Below are positions 63,444 to 64,000 of a stretch of DNA of 64,000 nucleotides, in pieces. The translations under genes were made by a program, and so were the position numbers. The notes under the pieces were generated by a model. The model was not told where the DNA came from and made no database searches. It worked only from the letters and a program-made list of their open reading frames with translations. Every line of letters starts with the position of its first letter. The first letter of the stretch is position 1. Source of the stretch: Octopus sinensis (taxonomy: Eukaryota); the NCBI RefSeq assembly GCF_006345805.1, contig NC_043010.1, forward strand, positions 34,162,001 to 34,226,000, read 5' to 3'.

Positions 63444-64000
63444 ATATTTATATATACATATACACACATAGACACATATATACATACTGACACTCACATG
63501 GGTGTATTGTGTGTGAATATGTATGTATTTATAAGACATATATGTGTACACACATGCACATACACACACACACACAGATGGATGCATGTGTGAGGGGCAT
63601 TAGAAATAAACAAGGAGAGAAGTCGGCGAGGCAAAGAGTGAGACAGAGAGGAGAGAGAAAAATTAAATGTTTCCATAATGTGTAAAAGATGTCAGTTTTT
63701 CTACATCCTTCAGTATCCGCCAAAATACAGCTTTCATTCATTCAAGTAGTTAATGTCATCTGGTCTCCCCACCTCCCCTACTAGCTTCCGAGCAGTGACT
63801 AAATTATTTAGCTATTCTGATGATATAACACACACACACACACACATGGGTGCACGTGTATATATTAGTGACTTCTTCACTCCTGCATATTTCAAATACG
63901 TTACAGTCTACGTACGTGCTTATATTGGAATATCTATCTGTGAAAGTGTAATGGGCGTGTGCTTTCAGTCGTGTGTAGTCTAACTTTTTGACACGAAATC

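Overview
Eukaryotic, AT-rich, repeat-saturated non-coding DNA. The SINE families and (TA)n/(CA)n/(TACA)n load resemble a coleoid cephalopod (octopus) genome, which is my inference from recall. I found no intact protein-coding gene: the ORF track is microsatellite/SINE artefacts plus decayed transposon ORFs. Content: (1) more than 30 copies or fragments of four SINE families; (2) decayed relics of CR1/Zenon-type LINEs, RTE LINEs, Penelope-like RT and GIY-YIG, Helitron Rep, an R4/Dong RLE tail in (CATA)n, and a DD41D Tc1/mariner; (3) MITEs with visible TIRs and TSDs (hAT, Tigger-like, Tc1-like, Tc2/pogo-like, TTAA); (4) tandem duplications; (5) a CpG-retaining candidate promoter and non-coding first exon on the minus strand at about 42.5-42.9 kb, so much of 1-42 kb may be one large intron. 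The most interesting signal is a set of type I hammerhead ribozyme motifs from at least four unrelated short elements lying in or beside TA microsatellites. These include a perfect 69-bp-arm palindrome encoding a hammerhead on each strand, two long-stem-II hammerheads with palindromic helix III about 0.9 kb apart, and a family with a variant CUGUUGA core. Coordinates of degenerate repeats are approximate, and family names come from motif recall rather than database searches.
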